A DNA stretch of 32,000 bases from Candidatus Nitrosopumilus koreensis AR1 (GTDB lineage Archaea > Thermoproteota > Nitrososphaeria > Nitrososphaerales > Nitrosopumilaceae): contig NC_018655.1 in assembly GCF_000299365.1 (NCBI RefSeq), forward strand, positions 330,001 to 362,000. Direction: 5' to 3'. Within the stretch, counting starts at the first letter, position 1, and the number at the start of each line of letters is the position of its first letter. The position numbers were made by a program, and so were the translations under genes. The notes beneath the pieces are model-generated. The model saw nothing but the letters and a program-made list of their open reading frames with translations, searched no databases and was not told the DNA's origin. This document shows positions 18,262 to 27,388 of the stretch, piece by piece.

Positions 18262-19684
18262 GGGTACAGTTACCACAATTATCAGAAAAGTCGTTTTTAA
18301 AGCAGAACCATATCTTCCTCAAGTTCCAAAACCAAAAAAGAAAATTCCGTTATCTACTAGATTGCTCTGGTGTGGAGTTGCATTACTTATCTACATGGTA
18401 ATGGGACAGACACCCTTATTTGGAGCAACAGCACCTGAATTTGATTTTCTAGCATTTGCTAGAGTAATTTTTGCATCCCAACAAGGTACCCTTGTTGAAT
18501 TAGGAATTGGACCGATTGTAACAGCTGGACTCTTGATGCAATTGTTGAGGGGTTCAGACATTCTCAAATTTGACTTTAAGAAACCTGAAGAAAGAGGTAT
18601 CTTTCAGACTGCAACAAAATTGGTAACTTACATTGTAATTGTAGCTGAATCAATTGTCTATGGTACTGCAGTTTATGGTCCGGGCGTTTCAGATACTTCA
18701 TTCTTGGTTGTAATGATTGGTCAGCTTATGGCTGCATCTGTCATCATCATGTTCTTAGACGAATTAATTCAGAAAGGTTGGGGGCTTGGTAGTGGAATTA
18801 GTCTATTCATCATGGCAGGTGTTGCCCAACAAATTCTGTGGAGCTTATTCAGTCCATTGCCTGCAGGTGATGGAGGAACGATTGGTATCATTCCATACAT
18901 AGGTCAATCAATAATGGCAGGTGATTTATCAAACGTACTATTCCGTTCAAACCAACTTCCGAGCATCTTTGGATTGTGTCTTACTGCGGGTATTTTGTTA
19001 ATACTTGTGTTCACACAAGGAATGAAGATTGAGATTCCAATTGTATCTACAAAATACAGAGGTTTCTCAGCAGTTTATCCAATAAAACTGATGTATGTCT
19101 CAAACATCCCAGTTATCTTGGCATCTGCACTTACTGCAAATGCTGTCTTTATCTTCCAGATGCTATGGGCTAACATGAACCCGCGTAACAATAATTTCTT
19201 TATGAACTTCATAGCGCAATTTGACCCAACAAGTCCATCCACTCCTATTGGTGGTATCATATACTATATCACACCGCCTAGAGGTCTAGATGTTGCGGCT
19301 TTAGATCCTGGGCGTGCAGTTGGATATATTCTATTCATGATTGGAATTGTAATTGTATTTGGTAGATTATGGGTTGAGCTTGGTGGTCTTTCACCAAAGA
19401 GTGCAGCTCAGAACTTACTTGATGCAGATGTTCAGATTCCTGGATTTAGAAGATCAAACAAACCCGTTGAAGCATTATTGAACAAGTACATTCCATCAGT
19501 TACCATTATTGGCTCAGCTATTTTGGGTCTTCTAGCAGGTGTGTCTGATGTATTGGGTGTATTTGGCTCTGGTATTGGAATTTTACTTATGGTAGATATT
19601 CTCATCAACTACTATACACAATTAGTAAGAGAACAAGTCGAAGTTGTAATGCCGCGTTTGGGTGCTTTACTTGGCAGAAAGTAA
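18254..19684 (+). CDS. secY: Preprotein translocase subunit SecY
   Basis: 476-aa polytopic protein; GTLVELGIGPIVTAGLLMQLL, GWGLGSGISLFIMAGVAQQILW. Confidence 0.95.
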   Translation: MAEGTVTTIIRKVVFKAEPYLPQVPKPKKKIPLSTRLLWCGVALLIYMVMGQTPLFGATAPEFDFLAFARVIFASQQGTLVELGIGPIVTAGLLMQLLRGSDILKFDFKKPEERGIFQTATKLVTYIVIVAESIVYGTAVYGPGVSDTSFLVVMIGQLMAASVIIMFLDELIQKGWGLGSGISLFIMAGVAQQILWSLFSPLPAGDGGTIGIIPYIGQSIMAGDLSNVLFRSNQLPSIFGLCLTAGILLILVFTQGMKIEIPIVSTKYRGFSAVYPIKLMYVSNIPVILASALTANAVFIFQMLWANMNPRNNNFFMNFIAQFDPTSPSTPIGGIIYYITPPRGLDVAALDPGRAVGYILFMIGIVIVFGRLWVELGGLSPKSAAQNLLDADVQIPGFRRSNKPVEALLNKYIPSVTIIGSAILGLLAGVSDVLGVFGSGIGILLMVDILINYYTQLVREQVEVVMPRLGALLGRK

Positions 19685-20248
19685 AAAATCATCCTTGTTG
19701 GAATTCCAGGGGTTGGGAAAACCACTTTACTATCAAAGATTGTAGATCATATCAAAGGTCATCAAAAAAGTGTTAGTGTTGTAAGCTATGGAACTCTAAT
19801 GTTTGATGTTGCAAAACAAAACGGTCTTACTGATAGAGATGAACTAAGAAAATTACCCATCTCAAAACAACAAGAACTCCAAAAGACTGCTGCTGAAAAG
19901 ATTGCGTCTTGCACTGAAGAAATTGTAATTATTGATACGCATGCATTTATCAGCTCACCTGAAGGATACTATCCTGGACTTCCAGAACATGTTCTCAAAA
20001 TTATCAAACCCTCTAACTTTGTCTCAGTTTCAGCAAAGCCAGAGGAAATCTATAGTAGACGAATGAGTGATGATACTAGAAACCGGGACAAAAACACCCT
20101 TGCAAATGTAAAGAAGGAACTTGATGTCCAGTCAGGTATGATTTCTGCCTGTGCAGTAATAACTGGCTCACCTGTAAAATACGTCCTTAATCGTGAGGGA
20201 AAGGTTGATGAAGCAGCAGATAAGATAATACAATCACTAGGGCTGTAA
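19671..20248 (+). CDS. adkA: Archaeal adenylate kinase; N-terminal P-loop lies upstream of the track ORF, possible frameshift at the start
   Basis: The frame of 19799..20248 extends upstream to KIILVGIPGVGKTTLLSKIVDHIKGHQKSVSVVSYGTLMFDVAKQNG. No ATG/GTG/TTG in that frame; see finding. Confidence 0.85.
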
Positions 20249-20251
20249 AAA

Positions 20252-20905
20252 ATGGACTTTAACTTTATTCTGCTATTTCTTGATTCAATTCACCTTAACT
20301 TGGGTTTTCTTGAGTCTTTACATTTACAATTTGACTTCATTGGGGGTGAGAGAGGTGCACTTGGAAGTGATGATCCAATAGTCAAGGGACTTATTTTGTC
20401 TATGTTTTGTGTTTCTGGATTTGGTATAATGCTCAACTTGTTTAATTCTGCAGTTAGAAAGAAGATGGTTGATCAAACAAAACTAAAACGAATAATGAAG
20501 GAGACTCGCGGATGGCAAAAAGAAAGAATGGCTGCAATGCGAGCAAAAGATACTGCAAAAACAACTGAACTAAACAAGAAATCTGCATACATGAACAAGA
20601 TGTCAATGGAGATGATGCAGATGAACATGAGACCGATGATGATTACGTTTGTTCCATTGATTTTGATATTCTATCTTGTATTGCCGCAACTGTTTGCTTA
20701 CACTGTAGCTGTCTCTCCAATTCCTCTAAATGTAATTCCAGGAGATTTCTTCCAGTTGACGTGTACTGCAGAACAAGCAGCAGATCCTGAACATGTTTGT
20801 ACTGCAGAAAATGCACTATTCCTTTGGGCTTGGTATTTCCTTTCATCTATTGCATTTAGTGGCATTATTATGAAACTAACAAAAACATCAATGGATCTCA
20901 GTTGA
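20252..20905 (+). CDS. DUF106 / EMC3-YidC-like membrane protein
   Basis: TM helices flanking LFNSAVRKKMVDQTKLKRIMKETRGWQKERMAAMRAKDTAKTTELNKKSAYMNKMSMEMMQMNMRPMMITFVPLILIFYL. Canonical position between adk and cmk. Confidence 0.85.
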   Translation: MDFNFILLFLDSIHLNLGFLESLHLQFDFIGGERGALGSDDPIVKGLILSMFCVSGFGIMLNLFNSAVRKKMVDQTKLKRIMKETRGWQKERMAAMRAKDTAKTTELNKKSAYMNKMSMEMMQMNMRPMMITFVPLILIFYLVLPQLFAYTVAVSPIPLNVIPGDFFQLTCTAEQAADPEHVCTAENALFLWAWYFLSSIAFSGIIMKLTKTSMDLS

Positions 20906-21462
20906 CAAAATCCATTGTAATTTCAGGTCCTCCTGCAGTAGGAAAGACAACTGTCGCCAAAGGACTGGCAGAAGAATTTTCACTTCAATATCTTAGCGGT
21001 GGTGATGTGCTTAAAGAAATGGCAAAAGAACAAGGTTTTGATTCTTCAGGTGATGACTGGTGGGATACTGAAGATGGAATGAAATTTCTAAATCAACGAG
21101 AAGAAAATTCTGCATTTGATAAAAAACTAGATGAAAAATTAGCTAAACTATTCAATGAAGGAGGAATGGTGATTACCAGCTACACATTGCCTTGGTTAAT
21201 CCAAGACGGCATCAAAATATGGTTGGAAGGCTCTCATGAAAGCAGTACAAAAAGAATGCAATCAAGAGATGACATGAGTTCTGATGAGGCGTATCAAATC
21301 ACAAAACAACGATTTGATAAGAACAAGGCACTTTATAAAAAATTGTATGATTTTGATTTTGGTGATGACAAATCTGTTTTTGATGTAATTATTAATACTG
21401 ATCATCTCACAGCACAACAAGTAATTGATGTTGCAAAAGAAACGGTGAGAAAATTGCTATGA
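20902..21462 (+). CDS. cmk: Cytidylate kinase
   Basis: IVISGPPAVGKTTVAKGLAEEFSLQYLSGGDVLKEMAKEQG; genomic context before cbf5. Confidence 0.85.
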   Translation: MTKSIVISGPPAVGKTTVAKGLAEEFSLQYLSGGDVLKEMAKEQGFDSSGDDWWDTEDGMKFLNQREENSAFDKKLDEKLAKLFNEGGMVITSYTLPWLIQDGIKIWLEGSHESSTKRMQSRDDMSSDEAYQITKQRFDKNKALYKKLYDFDFGDDKSVFDVIINTDHLTAQQVIDVAKETVRKLL

Positions 21463-22454
21463 CTCTAAAACAACTAGAAAATCTAATTGAAGTAGACCAA
21501 GACATCACTGATGACGCATATGGCACATACTATGACAAAAGAACGATAGAGCAATTACTAAACTATGGAATTATAATTTTAGACAAACCTCCAGGCCCTA
21601 CAAGTCATGAAACTGTAGCTTGGACAAAAAGAATTTTGAAACTACCCAAGATTGGTCACAGTGGAACTTTGGACCCACAAGTTTCAGGAGTCTTGCCATT
21701 GGGATTAGGTGAGGCAACTAAAGCCTTAGGTGTGTTACTTTTTGGACCAAAAGAATATCATGCACTAGGCCGTGTCCACTCCCTTCCATCAAAAGAGAAA
21801 CTACATGAAGTAATTGAATTACTCACTGGGGAAATTTATCAAAAACCACCACAACGCTCAGCTGTAGTTAGGCAAACAAGAACAAGAACAATTTACGAGT
21901 TTGAAGTACTAGAACAAAAAGAGAGATTGCTGTTGACTCGAGTTTTATGTGAGGCTGGAACTTACATTAGAAAACTGTACTATGATTTGGGTGAAATTCT
22001 GGGCCCGGGAGCAACTATGATAGAACTTAGAAGAACCAGAGTTGATCAATTCAGAGAAACCGATGGACTAGTTACTTTGCATGAACTTGCAAATGCATTT
22101 GCATTGTGGGAAGAAAAGAAAGATGATTCAAAATTAAAGAGTATGATAAAGCCTGTAGAACTTGCCCTAAGTGAATTAAAATCAGTAATAATTCGTGATT
22201 CAGCTGTAGATGCAATGTGTCATGGTGCACAACTTGCAATTCCAGGAATTTTGAAAATATCTCCAAACTTGAAAAAAGGCGACATTGTGGGAATCTATAC
22301 TCAAAAAGGTGAGGCAGTAGCATTGGCAGAATCTACAATGGATGAAGAAGAGATTCGTGATGCAACAAAGGGCTATGCATTTGAAACAAAGAGAATCATA
22401 ATGGCTCCAAACACTTATCCTAAAAAATGGCGAACAAAACCCTCTAAAGAATAA
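21459..22454 (+). CDS. cbf5: tRNA/rRNA pseudouridine synthase Cbf5 (TruB family)
   Basis: NYGIIILDKPPGPTSHETVAWTKRILKLPKIGHSGTLDPQVSGVLPLGLGEATK...GTYIRKLYYDLG. C-terminal PUA region. Confidence 0.94.
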   Translation: MTLKQLENLIEVDQDITDDAYGTYYDKRTIEQLLNYGIIILDKPPGPTSHETVAWTKRILKLPKIGHSGTLDPQVSGVLPLGLGEATKALGVLLFGPKEYHALGRVHSLPSKEKLHEVIELLTGEIYQKPPQRSAVVRQTRTRTIYEFEVLEQKERLLLTRVLCEAGTYIRKLYYDLGEILGPGATMIELRRTRVDQFRETDGLVTLHELANAFALWEEKKDDSKLKSMIKPVELALSELKSVIIRDSAVDAMCHGAQLAIPGILKISPNLKKGDIVGIYTQKGEAVALAESTMDEEEIRDATKGYAFETKRIIMAPNTYPKKWRTKPSKE

Positions 22455-22457
22455 GAA

Positions 22458-22904
22458 TTGTTCTCAAAAAGTCTTGTGACATTTGTCGGAATCGGAATAC
22501 TTGCTGGATTGTCATTTGGAATCTATCTGATTGATTTCAAAAACACTAGTCAACTTGTATATGTTGAGGGACCTGGAATTTCAATTGTCACTGAAAAACT
22601 TGATTTCAAGAAAGGTGAAGAGATTAAAATTAAAATCATAAACACTGGTACTGTTCCACTGACATTCTCTAATACGTCATATGGATTGCGAATCACAGGA
22701 CTATCTGGTATTCTAATGCATACTCCAACTTCTGCACAAGTAATATCTGAGTTAAAACCAAATGATGAAGTTGAACTTTCATGGGATCAAATAAAAAATG
22801 ATGGTGATACTGCCTTAGAGGGGCTTTACAAGATTTCTGCAAAAGGATTTGATCCAATGGGAGAAAAAGTAGAGCATTCAACCACTGTAACAATCTGGAA
22901 GTAG
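22458..22904 (+). CDS. Membrane-anchored hypothetical protein, BsuPI-like beta-sandwich candidate
   Basis: TTG start, N-terminal TM, then LDFKKGEEIKIKIINTGTVPLTFSNTSYGLRITGLSG...LKPNDEVELSWDQIKNDGDTALEGLYKISA. Confidence 0.6.
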   Translation: MFSKSLVTFVGIGILAGLSFGIYLIDFKNTSQLVYVEGPGISIVTEKLDFKKGEEIKIKIINTGTVPLTFSNTSYGLRITGLSGILMHTPTSAQVISELKPNDEVELSWDQIKNDGDTALEGLYKISAKGFDPMGEKVEHSTTVTIWK

Positions 22905-22955
22905 TAACACAATTTATAATCAGATTCTAAAAACTAAATTTGTCGCAAGACTTGT

Positions 22956-23056
22956 GCCGGGGTCGCCTAGCCTGGTAGGGCGCGCGCCTGGAAATTGTTA
23001 ACCATAAAGCGCGTTCTCGCAAGGGAACGGGAGTTCAAATCTCCCTCCCGGCGCCA
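22956..23056 (+). tRNA. tRNA-Ser(GGA), class II, with ~14-nt intron and encoded CCA
   Basis: Acceptor GCCGGGG/TCCCGGC plus G-CCA; D stem GCCT/GGGC; anticodon stem CGCGC/GCGCG with loop CTGGAAA after removing 14 nt; variable arm TTCTC-GCAA-GGGAA; T arm GGGAG-TTCAAAT-CTCCC. Confidence 0.93.
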
Positions 23057-23241
23057 TAAAACCATTTGAATCTAATTTACTTTCTGCTTTATTGCTAGGC
23101 ATTGTGCCAGATCATCATTATCTGAGAAATCTCCAACGATCTGAAAAAACCCGGTTTTCAATCCTAACTATTATTTCTTTATGATGTTGTGATATTATTT
23201 CTACGTAAAGGTTAAATCTAAACCCCAAGAATAATCTGCGG

Positions 23242-24087
23242 ATGAAAAGAGCAATAGTTGCAGTATTGTCTACTGTTTTACTTTTATCACTTATTCCAAA
23301 TTATAATTCATTTGCTGACAAGCCAGATAATGTTGGCAATCCAGAACCCATTTCGATTGAAAAACTCTTGGAACCAAAGTCAATTAAAATGGCTGATGGT
23401 AGAGTTCTAGAAAAACGTGTTCATATTTTCCCTAATGATAATGCTGCAAAACCAGACGGCAAAGGTGGCCCACCAGATGGAAAAGGTGGTGGCAACAAAG
23501 GCTCTGCATGTTATTCAGAAATATCAAAGGGTGCTAAATGGAAGTCAAGTATTGGCGAATCCTATATTATTGATGATTCAAATTCAGGACTAGCATCTGG
23601 TGTTGCTTTAGCAGGAATTGAATCAAGTATTTCATCTTGGGAATCTGAGATAACTTCTGGAACTAGTGTATTTGGTTCAGGCTCTGAAGGTATACTTGAT
23701 CCTGTTGCAATTGCAAATGCACAAACCCCTTCTGGTACAAATGAAATTGTGTTCGCACCACTTAGTAGCTCTGGAACAATTGCAGTAACAATTACCTGGG
23801 GATACTTTTCAGGTCCACCTGGCGCAAGAGAAATTGTAGAATGGGATCAGATTTACAATACTTATTGGAATTGGGGTAATGCAGGTCCAACTAATGAAAA
23901 CGAATTGGGAGATACAAATGTGATGGACTTTGAAAATATTGCTGTACATGAAGTAGGGCATGCAACAGGTCTTGATCATTCTGGTGATTGTGTTGAAGAA
24001 ACTATGTATGCATATGCTCAAAACGGCGAAACAAAGAAAAGAACTCTTAATACCGGAGATATTGCAGGAATAAACTCGCTTTATTAG
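23242..24087 (+). CDS. Secreted matrixin/metzincin-like zinc metalloprotease
   Basis: Signal peptide, then VMDFENIAVHEVGHATGLDHSGD (HExxHxxGxxH) and a downstream Met (EETMYAYAQNGETKKRTLNTGDIAGI). Confidence 0.88.
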   Translation: MKRAIVAVLSTVLLLSLIPNYNSFADKPDNVGNPEPISIEKLLEPKSIKMADGRVLEKRVHIFPNDNAAKPDGKGGPPDGKGGGNKGSACYSEISKGAKWKSSIGESYIIDDSNSGLASGVALAGIESSISSWESEITSGTSVFGSGSEGILDPVAIANAQTPSGTNEIVFAPLSSSGTIAVTITWGYFSGPPGAREIVEWDQIYNTYWNWGNAGPTNENELGDTNVMDFENIAVHEVGHATGLDHSGDCVEETMYAYAQNGETKKRTLNTGDIAGINSLY

Positions 24088-24094
24088 ATTTTCA

Positions 24095-25408
24095 TTATTT
24101 TTTCTCTAATTTTTCAATTATGTCTAAAAATTTCCATGGACCACATTGCCCATCTGTAGATTCGCTTGAAAATAGTCCTGATTGGTGCAGGTGATTCACA
24201 ATATGTGCTGCAAATGGTAATGCCCCAGTTGCTCCTGGAGAATTATAGTTTAGGATGTGAAATGATGATTCCTCGTCAAGTAAAATTACATCTGATTCAA
24301 ATTTCCCTTTTTCATTAATTATCGATGAACGAATACCTGCGGTTCCCTTTTCTGTAATTTTATCTGCATTGATTTTTGGCAAGAATCTTCTTACTCTCTC
24401 AACCATTGCTGATTTTGACATTGATGATTGTATTTCATTCATTGCAAGCTCCTGAAATTGTTTGTCAAAGATTGCCTTTCTTGCACCTGAACCCAACATC
24501 TCTAACATTTTTGGAACAAACTCTTTGATGTTTTCAGTTTTGTTGTATCCATATGGGCTAAAGACAGGAACTGCGTTGGGACCTATTTCACAACTTCCGT
24601 CGACTCTAATTATCCAGTGTGGATCCAAAAACGGATACTCTGGAAATTCTGGCACTGAATAGATGCTGGTTTTAGTCAAGTTGTTGTATTCCCTTGGTGC
24701 TTTCCAATACTCTCCTCTAAAATGAACATCTGTGAAACATGTTGCAACTCCAACATTATGTGCAATATCAATTGCTTCTCCTCCTGCAGCATTGATTAAA
24801 AATTCTGTGAAAATTTTATGTTCTCCATTTAATGTAATTTTCCATTTTCCATTTTCTTTTTCTATCTTTGTTACCTTGCTGTCTAAAAGAAATGTGGTTC
24901 CATTCTCTTTACTGTCTTTCATTAATGCTTTAGTGTATTTTGCATAGTCTGCAGAACCATCTTTGTAAACATAAAGTGCTGCTTCACATTTTATCTCAGG
25001 TTCTATTTTCTTTATCTCTGATTTTTCCATTAATTCAATATCGTTTTCTTTCAATCCGTTTTGCTTTCCCCATTTGAGATATTTTTCTAGAACCTTGATT
25101 CCTTTTTTGTCTAAGGCAACTTCGATTACTCCGTCTTTTTTGAATGGCAAATCATGTATCTTGGAATATTCCTTCCACATGTCAAATCCGTGAAATGCAG
25201 CATTTGCAAACATCTTTTTCTTTTCAGGATTGTATAGATACGGAGCATGTATCTTTCCTGTGTTTCTACCACTGGTGTGAAAAGCAACATTTTGAGCTTG
25301 CTCTATTACTGCTATGTTTTTTGACTTGTTGAGAAATGATAGAAAATATGATATGGATGTTCCAAGAATACCTCCTCCAATAATTACCACATCAAAAGTA
25401 TGCACCAA
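24095..25408 (-). CDS. FAD-dependent oxidoreductase (DAO family, L-2-hydroxyglutarate oxidase-like)
   Basis: FDVVIIGGGILGTSISYFLSF...VAFHTSGRNTGKIHAPYLYNPEKKK...LINAAGGEAIDIAHNVGV. Confidence 0.8.
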   Translation of the reverse strand: MVHTFDVVIIGGGILGTSISYFLSFLNKSKNIAVIEQAQNVAFHTSGRNTGKIHAPYLYNPEKKKMFANAAFHGFDMWKEYSKIHDLPFKKDGVIEVALDKKGIKVLEKYLKWGKQNGLKENDIELMEKSEIKKIEPEIKCEAALYVYKDGSADYAKYTKALMKDSKENGTTFLLDSKVTKIEKENGKWKITLNGEHKIFTEFLINAAGGEAIDIAHNVGVATCFTDVHFRGEYWKAPREYNNLTKTSIYSVPEFPEYPFLDPHWIIRVDGSCEIGPNAVPVFSPYGYNKTENIKEFVPKMLEMLGSGARKAIFDKQFQELAMNEIQSSMSKSAMVERVRRFLPKINADKITEKGTAGIRSSIINEKGKFESDVILLDEESSFHILNYNSPGATGALPFAAHIVNHLHQSGLFSSESTDGQCGPWKFLDIIEKLEKK

Positions 25409-25496
25409 CAGATTTCACTTTAATTTCACTTTAGTGGATAATAAATGGAATCAATAACAATCAAGGTTAATATCTAATAAAATTTCAAATTAAGTT

Positions 25497-25778
25497 GTGT
25501 TACCTGACAAGTGTTCTGTAAGTAAAGAAGGAAAGCAATGTCCAAGTCCGCCTGAATTTATTGTATCTATAATTGATGGAAAAGATGAGTATATGGTTGG
25601 AGTTACATGTGGAAGACACAAGCAGATTGTTTCGGGGAAGATTGGATTTTTACAAAAAGAAGGTAAAATTCATGAAGGAAAGGTTACTTTTTCAGAGGTA
25701 AAAGCAGTAGGCACTGATTGTATTCATGGTGATGAGGATGATTTTGTCCAAATTGATATGAATCGAAGTAAAAATTGA
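25497..25778 (+). CDS. Small hypothetical protein with conserved-looking Cys/His residues
   Basis: 93-aa ORF with GTG start: CSVSKEGKQCPSPPEF...VTCGRHKQIV...DCIHGDEDDF. Confidence 0.55.
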   Translation: MLPDKCSVSKEGKQCPSPPEFIVSIIDGKDEYMVGVTCGRHKQIVSGKIGFLQKEGKIHEGKVTFSEVKAVGTDCIHGDEDDFVQIDMNRSKN

Positions 25779-25795
25779 AATAATTTCTAATCTTA

Positions 25796-26176
25796 TTGAA
25801 AATATTGCTTTTTGAATTGTTATCTGATATTGTAAAAATTAAAGACATTTTGTTTGTTGTCAAAAGCCAAGGTGTTACTAGTGAAATTAGGAGTCCTCTC
25901 AGTATTAGACAAAAAGAAAAATGGATTACAATGGGGGAAAATGATGGACCTGCACATATGCATGTTGATTCAGAATTGATCAATTCTGCAGAATTCGTAC
26001 AAGAAGAAAAACCTGAACGCACAAGTTTTAGTGTAAGATTTTACGATAAAGATGGACAAAGAGTTTTGGCGGCATATTTTACAAAAATGTATGATGATTC
26101 TAAAACGTTAATTCCTGAAAGAAAAAAAGTGTATGAACAATTAAATCAAAAATTTTCTTCTAAAATTAATTTTTAA
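25796..26176 (+). CDS. Hypothetical protein
   Basis: 126-aa ORF ...MGENDGPAHMHVDSELINSAEFVQEEKPERTSFSVRFYDKDGQRVLAAYFTKMYDDSKTLIPERKKVYEQL. True start may be internal. Confidence 0.6.
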   Translation: MKILLFELLSDIVKIKDILFVVKSQGVTSEIRSPLSIRQKEKWITMGENDGPAHMHVDSELINSAEFVQEEKPERTSFSVRFYDKDGQRVLAAYFTKMYDDSKTLIPERKKVYEQLNQKFSSKINF

Positions 26177-26182
26177 AAAAAA

Positions 26183-26203
26183 CCTTGTCTGAAAAAGACA
26201 AGG
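26183..26203 (-). terminator. 8-bp stem-loop followed by 8 U on the minus strand
   Basis: CCTTGTCT-GAAAA-AGACAAGG at 26183-26203, flanked by A8 at 26175-26182, which reads as U8 on the minus-strand RNA. Confidence 0.5.
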
Positions 26204-26369
26204 AGAAAAAATATTATTCTTGTAATTTCTTCTTCTTTTCTTTTTCAGATTGTAGTTTAGCTAATTCTAATTCTTCGTTTGTATGTTTGAATTTTTTCAA
26301 TCTATCCAATATCCAGAGTTTAGATATAAAAACTCGTCATTATTTTTGGCCATGTTTTGGGCGTGAACT

Positions 26370-27352
26370 TCAGTATCCTACTGAGTAGATCGGCTTTTTA
26401 CCATTTATCCCTAAATTGAGATTTTTAACAGTAATTTCTGCCATTTTGGCTCTGGTCTCTTTGGTTGAACTTCCTATGTGTGGTGTCAAGACTGCGTTTT
26501 GTAGCTTAGCAAGTGGATTATTCTTGTCAATTGGTTCTTGTTCAAAGACATCTAGTCCTGCACCTGCAATGATCTTTTTCTTTAATGCTATTACAAGATC
26601 TTTTTCGTTTACAACTTTGCCTCTTGACGTGTTAATCAAAAATGCTGTTTTTTTCATTTTTCTAAAAATTTTCATGTTAAACATCCTGTCTGTCTCTTTT
26701 GTATGTGGAACATGAATTGAAATTATATCACTTTCAGATACTAGCCTTTCAAATGAGGCGTGTTTTACTCCAAGTGATTTTTCTTTAGACTTTGATAAAC
26801 GATTTCTGTTGTGGTATATTATATTCATGTCAAATGCTTTTGCTCTTTTAGCAAGCGTTTTTCCAATTCTTCCCAAACCCAAAATTCCTAATGTCTTTCC
26901 TTGCAGATCAAATCCTACATAGTCATATGCGCCATAGATTACTTTCCATTTTTTATCTCGAATGATTCTGTCTCCTTCTGATGTTCTTCTTAATACGTCA
27001 ATTAATAATGAAAAAGATAAATCTGCTGTTGCATCCGTTAAAACCTCTGGTGTGTATCCTACTCTGATCTTTTTTCTTTTGCATATTTTGTATCAATATG
27101 ATCAAAACCTACACTGTATGTGCTAATGACCTTAAGATTATTTGCCAAATCAATTACATCTTTGTTTATTTTATCATATGGAAAACAGATTAACCCCTCA
27201 ACATCTTTAATTTTTGATCGTAACTTTGTCTGTGGGATGGGAATTTTTCCTTTGTGAACTTCAATTTGATATTTCTTTTTTAACTCCTTTAAAGCAAAGT
27301 CATGAAGTGTTCTTGTTAGAAAGACTTTCTTTTTCATAAACATGAGATTCAT
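26370..27352 (-). pseudogene. D-isomer specific 2-hydroxyacid dehydrogenase, interrupted by one apparent 1-nt deletion
   Basis: N-terminal piece (27352..27059) MKKKVFLTRTLHDF...VISTYSVGFDHIDTKYAKEK. The other frame continues IRVGYTPEVLTDATADLSFSLLINVLRR...GKTLGILGLGRIGKTLAKRAKAF...NTSRGKVVNEKDL...VLTPHIGSST. Confidence 0.85.
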
Positions 27353-27388
27353 CTCAAACCATTTATACGATTTCCTTCTAAATTCTTC

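Noticed and set aside
23057-23241. Possible C/D box sRNA in the gap between tRNA-Ser and the metalloprotease gene (an ATGATGA on the minus strand, CTGA motifs on the plus strand)
   Set aside because: C and D boxes are not on the same strand at workable spacing, so no coherent C/D RNA could be drawn.
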